DNA of 64,000 nucleotides from Chrysomallon squamiferum (Eukaryota; Animalia; Mollusca): positions 12,524,001 to 12,588,000 of the forward strand of contig CM022668.1 in assembly GCA_012295275.1 (NCBI GenBank). Reading direction: 5' to 3'. Made by a program: the position numbers and the translations under genes. The notes beneath the pieces were generated by a model, which saw nothing but the letters and a program-made list of their open reading frames with translations, was not told the origin of the DNA and made no database searches. This document shows positions 52,501 through 64,000 of the stretch, piece by piece; positions within the stretch are counted from its first letter, which is position 1, and each line of letters begins with the position of its first letter.

Positions 52501-54804
52501 CTGGTTAAGTCTGATTACTGATTCTTTCATTTTTATCACCATGAGAAGAGAGAAAATCTGAATTTACTGAAATGGCAGAGTTTAAGTAGAGATTAATTTC
52601 ATTCTGAAAATCACATTGATTTTATTATAATTTAGAAATATTAATTTTTTCTTTTAAATGTTGTTGTTGTTGCTGTTGTTGTTTGTTTATTTTCATACAT
52701 CAACAGCTACAGACTGTCATGTTTAATTTTTGTTTTATAATGAGAATGAATCTGATTATATTCTAATAATTTATAAAAGAATGTATTATTTAAATGTTGT
52801 TTCAGCAGACTGACCTAATAGGTATTATGTACTGAATTATTATGCCATAGTAACCATTGGATACTCATTAGTTAACAGCAAAGGATCTTTTTATATGAAT
52901 CTTACCATATTATATTTTGATATTAACATAGACTGTAACATAATTTGCCACTGTATTTGAGACATATAGCTGTGTTTGGATATGGGATAATAAGTTAATA
53001 AGAGAATTAAAAAATATTGATCCCTGAATGATTGTGACTGAGTTACAGTTTCTGTTTCAGTGGTAATGAAGTTAATACAATTTAAGTTCATTTCATTACA
53101 AAAACTTTGTGAAAAAAACTATTATTTATAAACATCTGTTTCTGTATTTTCCTGCCTATGAATTGTGAATGAAGTAATGATTTTAATAAATTGTAAAAAG
53201 TAACCAATTTATTTCATTTTTTTTTAATATTACTGTAATTGAAATCCTTAGATAACAAAGTTAATTGTTACAATTTCGGCATCCAGCTTGGAAATTAATC
53301 ACATAATATTTGGAATAATGTAACAAATTGACACTAGTAAATTGCCATATATCTTAATCAAGGTACATATATGTGATAATGATGATACTCAGTATGTGCT
53401 AATTATAGACTAAATTACTCTGCAAATCAATAACAGGTAGCCTATATATAGTTAGTCATTTCATTCCAACTGATGGAGATTTGTCTAATAATTACATCAT
53501 CTATGCTATATAGCTTGGTTTTCTTCTTCTGGCTGGGTGTGGTTAGGGGTATGAAGTGGTACCAGTAGGTTTCTTTTCATATTATCCAAACAGAAAATCA
53601 CGAGTTAAAATTAAATTAACCATGAGTACAAAAGTATACAAGAGTTTCATTTTAATGGATAATTCAGTTTAGTAGTATTTTCATAAACACAATTATTATT
53701 TTATTTTCAATTATTATTTAATATTATTACATATTTATACTCTTTTATTTATTTTATTTTATTTTATTTTATTTTATTTTATTTTATTTTATTTTATTTT
53801 ATTTCATGTTATTTTATTTTATTTTATTGAAAAAGATAACATGAGAATAAAAATAATGATCCCCTTCAAAAAAAATAAAATAAAATAAAATAAAACATAA
53901 ATATAAATAAATAAAACAATTAAAATAAATTGATAAATAGGTCATCTAACACATGTCACTACTGATCATGTCACAGCTTTGGTCTCATGCCAGACTTTTC
54001 ACTGTGAGATGTTTATTGTCCATGCATTGTTATCTTTGTAGTAAAATGTGAGCTGTTTGATACAATCATTGTTCTTATTATTATCTGATAATAAAAAAGC
54101 AGAAAAGATTTTAACTTTATAACTGAGTATGTATCTATCACCTTTGGTCTCATTCCAGACTCTTTTTTGTTGTTGTTGTTGAATGTCATTGGACAGTAGA
54201 TATATTACAGACCTTAGCATTTTCATTTAATGTCTGATATATGTGAATCTTTTTAATTTTTTTATATATTATCATCATCATTATTACTTAAGTTGCTACT
54301 ATAACAGACTGAATATCTGGTATTTGAAAATTACTTTTATTTATTTATTTATTTATTTATTTATTAAGCATTTGAGGTCATTATACCATGCATTTCTGCA
54401 TTTGGTTGATGGCCTACAAAGTTTGTTTTAGGCACACAGAATTATTAAGAATATTAAATAAAAACTGTCTTCAAATTGTTCATATATCATTAGCATTGAT
54501 TTTGAAATCTGCAGTACTTGCTTATTTTATTTTCATAATTTTTACCTTGGAAAATGTTACTAAAGATACTACAGACATACAGATATGTATATCTGAATTT
54601 AGGATTTTGTATATTATCTGATTTTAAAATTGTTTTGCTTCAGTAAAATATTACTGAAACAAAACAATTTTAAAACCTATCGCTTTCCTTGGGCAAGAAC
54701 AACTGTTTGCATCAAACGCTAGCATTTGCTTAAATATTAAGATTTTTGTAACTGAATGATTTCCAGGAGAGACAAGAAGAAGAAGAAGCCAGCAGACTGT
54801 AAAC

Positions 54805-55005
54805 ATGGGGAAGGGAAGCCAAGGAATGGTGAACGGGATTGAGAAGGAGATTAAAACATTTACTCGGGAGGATGTAAAGAAACATGACCAGAGGGACGAC
54901 AAGTGGATCGTGATCCAGGGAGAGGTTTATGACATAACTAAGTGGGCTCGAAGACATCCAGGTGGAAGCAGACTCATCAGCCACTTCGCTGGGCAGGATG
55001 CCACA
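54805..55005 (+). CDS. Fads: Front-end fatty acyl desaturase (Delta5/Delta6-type), coding exon 1: cytochrome b5 domain
   Basis: Acceptor ttccag| at 54766; MGKGSQG...KWIVIQGEVYDITKWARRHPGGSRLISHFAGQDAT|gtaagt (HPGG heme motif). Confidence 0.93.
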
Positions 55006-55552
55006 GTAAGTAAAAATACTGGTAGTTTGTTAATGTCCTCTGATGAGAATTGAACCAGGATACCCTGTATGAGAGTCCAGTATTCTAACTTAGAGAGGTA
55101 GAAAGGATATTATATAAAACAGATACTTCTATCCTTCCAACATAGATATGTATATAAATATAACTCTGTCCATTCTTACATATACATATCCATCCACCCT
55201 TTTGCATGCACGCACACACAACACACACACTCAGAGTAATGTAAATGCTGATTATTTTAAATCAAGTAATTAATGATCATGCTTATGAAAGAATGTGATA
55301 TATGTACAGTCTATGGGAAGGTATATATAAAAGAGCCCTTACTGCTAATTACTAAAAATAGTCCATAGAATGGCAATGGCACAATTCTTTCATGCTCTCT
55401 CTCTCTCTCACAGACATGCATGCACACACACACACACACACACTCACAAAACTGACAAAAATCATTAATATTAAATCACACCATTCATTCTACTTTGTTC
55501 GTAATACATTTGGATCATTATTCTTAATACATTAATGATTTATTTATTTCAG

Positions 55553-55699
55553 GATGCCTTTCGAGCTTTCCACAACAACCTGACTGCAGTCAGCAAGTAC
55601 CTGAAACCCATACATGTAGGAACTCTACCTGAGTCAGAGCAGAATGACAGCGAACTGCAGAAAGATTTCAGAGAGCTGAGAAAAACAGCAGAACAAATG
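55553..55699 (+). CDS. Fads: Desaturase coding exon 2
   Basis: tttcag|GAT...ATG|gtgaga; DAFRAFHNNLTAVSKYLKPIHVG...KDFRELRKTAEQM. Confidence 0.93.
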
Positions 55700-55839
55700 G
55701 TGAGAGATGTTAATGTTAATTACACAGATGTCTGATTCTCCTCTTCATAAATTAATGTAGCTTTTTGTAAATGCTTTTTTCATTAATTCTTGCCTTGAAT
55801 GAAGATATAAAATTAATTCATTTTCTTTAGTGTTGTCCC

Positions 55840-56135
55840 TAAATAATAATAATAATGGTAACAGTAGTAGTAATAATAATAATAATAGTAATAATAAAAA
55901 TAATAATGATGGTAATAGTAATAAAAATAAAAAAAATAAAAGTAATAACTAATAATAATAATAATAAAAGTAATAATAAAAGTAATAATAAAAATAAAAG
56001 TAATAATAACTAATAATAATAAAAGTAATAATAAAAGTAATAATAAAAATAAAAGTAATAATAACTAATAATAATATTAGTGATAATAGTAATAACAACA
56101 GTAATAATAATAATAACAAAAGTAATAATAATAGA
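55840..56135. repeat. (AAT)n-based microsatellite region
   Basis: Direct reading. Confidence 0.85.
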
Positions 56136-56333
56136 CAGCTATGGACTAGAGAAGCAAAGAGGTAATTAAATCTCATATTATGAGGCAGCCCACAAAAACT
56201 GGCCATGTTTCACATCAGTGAAAATAAACAACAGAAAATCAATTCTGATAAATTAGTCTTTTAAAAAAAAAACCCCAAAACCCCCAAAACCTTTTTATCT
56301 TTCATTTTCTCTTGTTTTTGTTTTGTTTCCCAG

Positions 56334-56480
56334 GGCCTCTTCAAACCAAACCCACTGTTTTTTGCAATGCATCTTGGTCACATTTTGCTGCTGGAGGTTA
56401 TGGCGTACCTCATCCTTCGGTACTTCGGAACAGGCTGGTTGCAGCTCTGTCTCTCCATGGCTTGTTTTGTTGTAGTAGAG
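56334..56480 (+). CDS. Fads: Desaturase coding exon 3 (transmembrane segments)
   Basis: tcccag|GGC...GAG|gtaatg; [49 protein letters not shown]. Confidence 0.92.
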
Positions 56481-57799
56481 GTAATGTACAATATGTTTGT
56501 GTATTACACGGGTTTGTGGTTAATAACAAAGGGGCATTCTCTGTATGTTGAATATATTTGATATGTTTGTAATAGATATTTTTTTTTTTTTTTTTTTTTA
56601 CCTATGTTACATAGGTTGGTGGTTTACAGCTGCATAAAATGTCACTGTTTTGTTTGGATATGTTTCATGTGTTTGTAGTAGTAATGGATTTTTTTTCATA
56701 CACTACATGTTTGAAAATGTTTTGAAATGTTTGTGTTAATTGTCCTTGATATAGTTAGAGCTATATACATCATGGATTGTCAGATACATTTGCAATAGTC
56801 ATTATTATTATTTTTGCAATTGTTATAGTTATTATTATCATCATAGCCACTATTTATTATTATCATCATTAATTTGTTCATGTTATAATTATAATTATTG
56901 TCATCATTTTTGTGTTTCAGCATTTTTATTAGTTAAATTTTAAAAATCTTTTATGATGTAGGTGACAATAAATTAATGTGACAGCTTAAATTATTTTATT
57001 TTTGAACCTCTATAAGTCTATTCAACCTTTTTTTCATGATGGTTAAAATGAAAAATATATAAAGAAAAGAAAGGGGAAAAGGGCTGGGAAAATATTTACA
57101 TTTCAGAACTTTCTGTTGTCCATACTTAATCAACTCTAATATTATTATATTATTAGATCCATAATTTCTTTAATATTTATACTTGATAATAAGATTGAAA
57201 ACTGTCATGGATGGACCATCTAAACTAAAAGTACTTAATGAGAATCAAGCGCATTTTATTATTGACAATTCAAGATAGCTATGCAACTTCAAAGCTTGTA
57301 AACTAATTATGTGATTGACAATTTAAAATAAATATAACAGATATTAACATCAGGGGATCCAGGCTACAGATAACTGAAGTTTTGTTGAATATCTACAGAA
57401 GTTAGTGGGAGACACTAATTTCGTATCCAGGTTATTCAGAATCGTGTACACTGACACATTTTGAATTACAAACAGCTTAATCGTGTTGATGTTGGAGTTG
57501 TAGCTGATGTAGTAGAGTAAACAAGGACACAAGCCTTGTGTGTGTGTGTGACCCCTTTGTAAATAGATTTAAATTTATTTGTTTAAATGTTTTTATTGCA
57601 GAAGCATGTTGATTTTTTTTTTTTTTTCAATTAATCTGCATGCCTTATGTACATATATATATAATCATTAATTAATATATGATATAGAGAAATGTAGTTT
57701 GATTTCCACTGAACAAAATTCTCTGAATTTCTGATATTTAATAAAAATGTATTCCAACTATTTTATTGTATAAAAATAAATAAAGGAGCAGAATTATGT

Positions 57800-58090
57800 T
57801 TATTGAAAGTAATTTAGACCCAGGATTTACATGTATTGAAATTATTTAGACCCTTTATTTTCTGTATTGAAATGAATTTAGACCCTTTAATTCTGTATTT
57901 ATATGCATTGAAATATATTTAGACCCAGTATTTTCTGAATTGAAATATAGTTAGACCCAGTATTTTCTGTATTGAAATGTATTTTGACTGTATTTATATT
58001 TACTAAAATTAAATTATACTCTTTATGTGCATGCATTGAAATGAAATTAGACTCACAATTTACATAAAATGAAGTTAGTTAGACCCTGTT
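57800..58090. repeat. Degenerate ~37-bp minisatellite (GTATTGAAATGAATTTAGACCC)
   Basis: About 7 copies. Confidence 0.75.
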
Positions 58091-58246
58091 TTTATGTGTG
58101 AAACTGCCCTTGTTAGTCTTGTTGTTTTTAAAATGTGTGGATATTTAATTATTAATTTATCTTTTTCTTTAATATGTATATAGATATATATATATATATA
58201 TATATATCATTTTTGTTTTTTCTTTGTCACTGCTTATTTTTTCTAG

Positions 58247-58357
58247 GCACAAACTGCCTGGATTCAGCATGATTTTGGTCATCTTTCCACTTTTAGTAAT
58301 TTATTTAGTAGCAAACTGGATCATCTTCTCCATTATTTTGCAATGGGATTCATTGAG
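58247..58357 (+). CDS. Fads: Desaturase coding exon 4a: first histidine box, variant A
   Basis: ttctag|GCA...GAG|gtaaac; 111 nt, phase 0-0; [37 protein letters not shown] (not in the ORF track). Confidence 0.88.
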
Positions 58358-61101
58358 GTAAACTGCAGTGCGTGGTGCTGGCTGTTTGTTTGTTAGTCTG
58401 TGCATGCTGCACTGTTTTACTTAGTCATGTCTTTACCAGAAGTGACAGGATTCGGTTTATTTCAGTTATCTTGCTTGTTAAAGCTTGATTTTAAAACTAA
58501 TTGTATTACATATTTTAAAAGTTACTTGTACGCTTTAATGTAGAAGTAACTGATTTTTGAATTTTAATTTTTTTTTTTTTTTTTTTTTTTAGAATTATGC
58601 ATACATTAATTCATTTTTTTTTTTCATTTAATATTCATTAAACATTTAACAAACAAAAATATATATATATATATATATAGTTGTCAATTCAAAAGCATTT
58701 TAATTGTAAAACCAAAATTGCTCTGTAAAGTATTTTAGTTGTATTATGGCTACTACTGCTGCTACTGTTGGTATTATTATTTGTAATACTAGTAGTAGTT
58801 GTAATAGTAGTTTATATTTTTATTATTTACTTATTTATTTTATTTAAGTTTTAAATCCTGTAATATAATTTTTTTTATTTTTTTTTTTTTTTTTTAATTT
58901 TTTTTTCTTATGGTCATTAAAATACAGATTTATTCTTAAAATGATTCAGAAGTTTTAGTTACTTATAAAAATAAACACAAATTTTACAATATGAAAAAAG
59001 CTATGAACCAAACGATAATGAAAATTATGCCACAACAAATAATCAGAATCCTGTCATTTCTGGTTCGCAAATGCATGCATTTTCTGGACAGATTTTCTTC
59101 TTTTTGTTTTTAGGAAAGTTTCACAAAATAATAGAGAAAAATATGGTTTATATTTAGATAGATTCCACTTGGGAGCCATTGCTTTATAAAGTTTCATTCT
59201 TTTGTTTTTGGTTTTATCTGTAAACCTTTATTCAGGGATAACCAAATTTAGATGGCTGGGTTTATGCTTGATAATTTTATATTACCCACATATATGAAAA
59301 CAGTACTAAAATTGATTCCTGAAATTAGACCAATTTTCTTTAAAAAAAAAAACAATAAGCATTAAAGAACTGTTATTGTTTTTCAAAAATAAATGTCTAA
59401 AAACAATTTTTAAAGAAGTACATTCAAGGATTTTAATTTGAGAATATCATTCTTGAAGAGGAATTTAAATTATGTAACTTTGAAACAATAAAACAATCCC
59501 TAAATAAATAAATTCATTAAAATTAAAAACCCAAATAATAAAATAAAAAATAAAAAATAAAAACGTGAAAAAAAACTGATAAACAATGGTTATTCATCTG
59601 GAAATACTGTTCATTATCATTATTATTACATTAATAAAATATTGTGAAACTTTACGAGCACATTTAAATTTTTATCCCAATGCACCCCATGCTTGTGAAT
59701 GCGCTAAAGTTGGCACGCAATCAAGCTGGTTTGTTTTCCTAATTCAAAATTTCTGCTGAATTTTTTTTCCTTAAACTTCTCACATTAAGATTTTTTAAAA
59801 GCTTACATTCAGGATAGCTATTTGCAAATTAAATTGTTACTTTTCAAAATGTATAAGTGATAAAAATAGGATGGGTTGGTCACTGATGGGAAATGGAATA
59901 TTTTTTATTTTTTCATTTTCCTTCGTAAAGAAATAGACCAAAATACAACTGTAGAAATGATACCTGAATTTTCAGTTCCAATAACACTAGAAACAAATAA
60001 TGCAAAAACCAGATATTTAATAAAAAAAAAAAAAAAAAAAAAAAAATAAAATCTGAAACCACTAGCCTTTTATTTATATTTGATACTTTAAAAAAAAAAA
60101 AAAAAAAAAATCTCTTTAGTACTGTGCATTCTTCAGTTGTTGAAGAAAATTTAAATTACAAACAAAGAAGAGAGAAATCAAAACTGAATCTAAATTAATG
60201 TTAGACACCGTATCTTTAAAAGATTAACCCTCAAATTTGATTTTCTTACTATTTTGCTATTTATATATATTTTTTATATTTTTTATATTCTGCATGTTTT
60301 CAACTCAATCAGAAGACAACCATCATGGCTTTTATTTGATGATCGTGGTTCAGCAGTTGATAGAAATAAATGGTTGCCATAATAACTTGTCCCCAACCAT
60401 TGTGATATTTATTTTTATGTTGCATGCATATATTCATTTTAGGTTTTTTTTTTTTCTCATTTTTTTTCTTTCTTTTTTTTACCTTTTTGTCATAAGTTCA
60501 TCCAATTTGCATTCATGCTGTGAAGAAAAAGGGACTGTTTATTTTTCGGAAGAAAAAAGTTTTTGGAATGGTGGTGTTTTTTTTTATATATATATATTTA
60601 CTATTTATTTATTATCATCTCATTCAGTCATTCATAAATCCATCAAATTTGTTAGGCAGTGAAGAAGTCAACCTTCGTTGTTGTTGTTTTTTTTCAGAAG
60701 AAAAACAAAACTTTGAAGAATTGCATTTTTAAACATTCACATCTCTTCTCTTTTCCATCCTTCATAAATCCATCGAATTTGTATGCAGGGAAGAAATCAG
60801 TCATTGTTTTACAAGATACCTGAAACAGTGCCTTCTCTATTTATTATTCTTATTTATTCTTTCATGAAACCCAAATGCAGTGAACCATGAAGGTCATAAA
60901 CCTAATCAAAGGCATCACAAATGCATCCACTTCTTTACCCTTTACAGAAAAGAAAAGAAAAGAAAAAAAAGGAAAGGAAACTGGATTGATCATCAGAAAT
61001 GATGACAAGGTTTTTGAAGAAACGACCATTTCGGCCATCTTTGTTCCCGACTGTAACAAAATATTTCTTATAATTTGAAATTGTTCCCCTTATACTTACA
61101 G

Positions 61102-61203
61102 GGTCAGGTCGGATGGATTCAACATGACTTTGGCCATTTATCAGTTTTCCCTAAATCTTACATGGATCATTTCTTTCACTACTTCACTGTCGGATTCATA
61201 AAG
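61102..61203 (+). CDS. Fads: Desaturase coding exon 4b: first histidine box, variant B
   Basis: ttacag|GGT...AAG|gtaacg; 102 nt, phase 0-0; [34 protein letters not shown] (not in the ORF track). Confidence 0.9.
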
Positions 61204-62546
61204 GTAACGTTTTAGTGTCTACAGGAGCAAAAAAAAACAAAAAAAATTAAACTATGTAAAAAATTAAAAAAAAAAAAATTAAAAATTAAGAAATCTTTTT
61301 TAGAAAAATTTAAAAAAGATGATAAATGTTTTTTTATAAATTTAAAAAAAAAAAATTGAAATTTAAATAGAAAAAGGAAAATAGTTTAAAAAATAAAGAT
61401 TAATAGATAAATAATAAATACAATTTATAATTTAAAAAAATAGAAAAAGAAGATAAATAAAAATAATTATAATTTAAAAATTTAAAAATTAAATGGAAAA
61501 GTATGCTATATTTAGAATTCCCCCCATTAACAACAATAATATAGCCAAACTGCATGTGTAGTTTGCAGTAGAAAATATTTTAACCTATTCGATATATTTA
61601 GTACATTTACTAATTTTATGTAATCACTGTACAGCATTTAGTTGTAGTGTAAATTAACATTAAATTTGTAATCCCTTGAATAAGCAGATAATTAGCATAT
61701 ATCTCAGTTGTTTTTGGCTATAATATTTTAGTTAATAGGAAATATCTGTTATAATTAACTAGAAATTAGCTTAAAATAAATTCAGTTAAAATTAAGTTAA
61801 ACTATAGTTATACTTGAGACTTAACTTACAATACGGTTTTGACGAAATTGAAATAAAATTAGTTAAAATGAACTTAAAATTTAGTTATGTTTAATATAAA
61901 ATACAATGAGATTTAATCAGTTAAAGTAAAATTAGTTTCAAAATACAATAATTATTGTGTGTTTTCTAAGGTGTCAGTTTTAATGGGTTTTTTCAATACG
62001 AAAAATATCTGAGCAAATTTTTCTTTTTTGTTTCAATGTTTTGTAATTATAATTTTTCGTCTAACTGAAAAATATTACATTGAGTTATTGATTTAATTAG
62101 CTTATTTACATGATTTATTGATTTGTTGTCAATTAATTTAATTATTAAAAGTTTTGTTTTTTATCGGTACACTGACTGATTTTTAAAATCCGTTTACAAT
62201 ATTCAACTCAGCACATATTTCCTGTCATTCCCTTTAAAACTAAGGCACCTGTGGGCACACAGAAGCACAGTTTTACCCAGTACATTCTGCTTCATGCTTG
62301 ATTCTAAATGCTTTGCTTTGCATAAACTGGGCACATGTTATTAAGAATAAACATTATAATAACCCTGGTGATGTGTATTAACATTGTTATTAACCTGGTG
62401 TAATATGTAAAACATGTGACTATGAAAGGTTTATTAATTTGTATGAATATGTTTATGTGTATAATTTATAATTGGAAGTATTTAAGAAAAGGTGTATAAA
62501 TAATAATATACAGCTTGTGATATGTGATATGCTGTATTTATAAATT

Positions 62547-62593
<47 letters not shown>

Positions 62594-63599
62594 CACACAG
62601 ACACAGACACACCTAATATAACAGTAATATATTATTATTGATATTTATTATTAATTTTATTATTTTTAGTTTTACCATTTAAATTTAAAGCAGATTTGTC
62701 ACTTTTCTCAATTAATTTTGATACTTCGTACTGGACAACAATTTCACACAGAGATAAACTAACTGACCTTTGTTTTAAAAATACAAACTGAACTTTTTGC
62801 AGAATTCATTGGCTTGAGGCCAGATTGTTTTCAGAATATATCAGAAAATGTGTAATATTTGAAACAATGATGATAATGGTGGTGATGTAGTCACCTTTGT
62901 TCAATGAGCTATTTAAAATACTGCAGTTCTAGTTCTGTTTTACTTGCTTCAAAACATTTTACGTAAAATTAAAAAACAAAAACAAGATGCCCTAACCTGT
63001 TGTATTATCAGTAGATACAGTAAGTGGTTATAGTTTGATGAAGTATTCATTTGTGTGAGATTAGGCAGGTTTCTTCTCTTGAATTTCAGTACCAAGTGTT
63101 GTGGTGTGTATTAGATAATAAGGGTCTAACACCAGCATGTTTTTGTGTGTACATGTGAGCTAATAGATTAAGATTAATTGTTGGTCTGTGTTAGTGTGTG
63201 TGATTTTAATGGTTACTGTTTGATAAAGAATTTCAGCGTTGTCAGCTCAAGCAAATTTGTTTTTCTTGATTTGTCTTGAGTAGTTTAACTAAACATTTTG
63301 TTTGTGTAAATGTGAAATTCAGAAAATAACAATAGTTGTATCATGGTGGTGTGTAAGTGATTGTGTGCGATTTTAATGTGAATTTGTATTTGTCAGCATG
63401 ATCTGTTGAGATAAAATGTTTTCTATACTTACATATTTAGGTCAAACTTTTATATATATTCATATTTTACAAACACCCCCCCCAGTATACATTTACAGGC
63501 ACACAATCACAACACGCACAAACTCGCACACACACTCCAAATCATACATAAGCACATGTTTACATGCTTAAATTGTAATATTTATTTATTTATTTTCAG

Positions 63600-63631
<32 letters not shown>

Positions 63632-64000
63632 ACAGACAGACACAGACACACAGCCACACACACCTGCACACAGTCATCCATTGTTCACCTGTTGGTACAT
63701 TTTTCATTCCATCCAAAGCCCTATAACATATTGTTTATTATCCTTTCAATGGGAAGGTCCTTCATAAATTATTCCTTATTGCTAATTGATAAATGTAGCT
63801 TACTGAATAGTTGCAGTGGATGTTCTTTCATTTAATTCGCAAACAAACAAACAAACAACAAAAACTTATTTTAAATGTAATTTTTTTTTTTTTACTATAT
63901 TACGAAAATCTTCAGATATTTATCAGGAGTTTATGAGTCAGATGATTCTAGTAATAGCATTTCTTGACCTACTGACCTATTTGTTGAATCGGGCTTTTAC

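Noticed and set aside
60840-61080. Short ORFs on both strands just upstream of exon 4b as a third desaturase exon
   Set aside because: No His box or convincing desaturase similarity, and no matching splice-site pair
61204-64000. Desaturase exon carrying the second His box (HxxHH)
   Set aside because: Not found by reading; it presumably lies beyond the window end

Overview
AT-rich, microsatellite-laden animal genomic DNA, probably a lophotrochozoan such as a mollusc (inferred from composition and protein style). There are three protein-coding loci. (1) A + strand, ~20-exon smooth-muscle-type myosin light chain kinase (MYLK-like) gene at ~2.7/7.1-41.1 kb. It encodes 4 Ig domains, a ~3-kb exon with DFRxxL actin-binding motifs and internal peptide repeats, 2 more Ig domains, FN3, a CAMK-family kinase, the autoinhibitory/calmodulin-binding segment and a C-terminal telokin-like Ig domain. 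It has two apparent single-base frameshifts. (2) An unrecognised 228-aa single-coding-exon ORF on the - strand (45344-46030). (3) The 5' part of a + strand front-end fatty acyl desaturase (cytochrome b5 HPGG domain plus first His box), which runs off the window end. The most striking feature is that the desaturase has two diverged, intact, phase-0 copies of the exon encoding its first histidine box (58247-58357 and 61102-61203). This is a candidate mutually exclusive exon switch at the catalytic centre. Nearly all other ORFs in the track are microsatellite artefacts.
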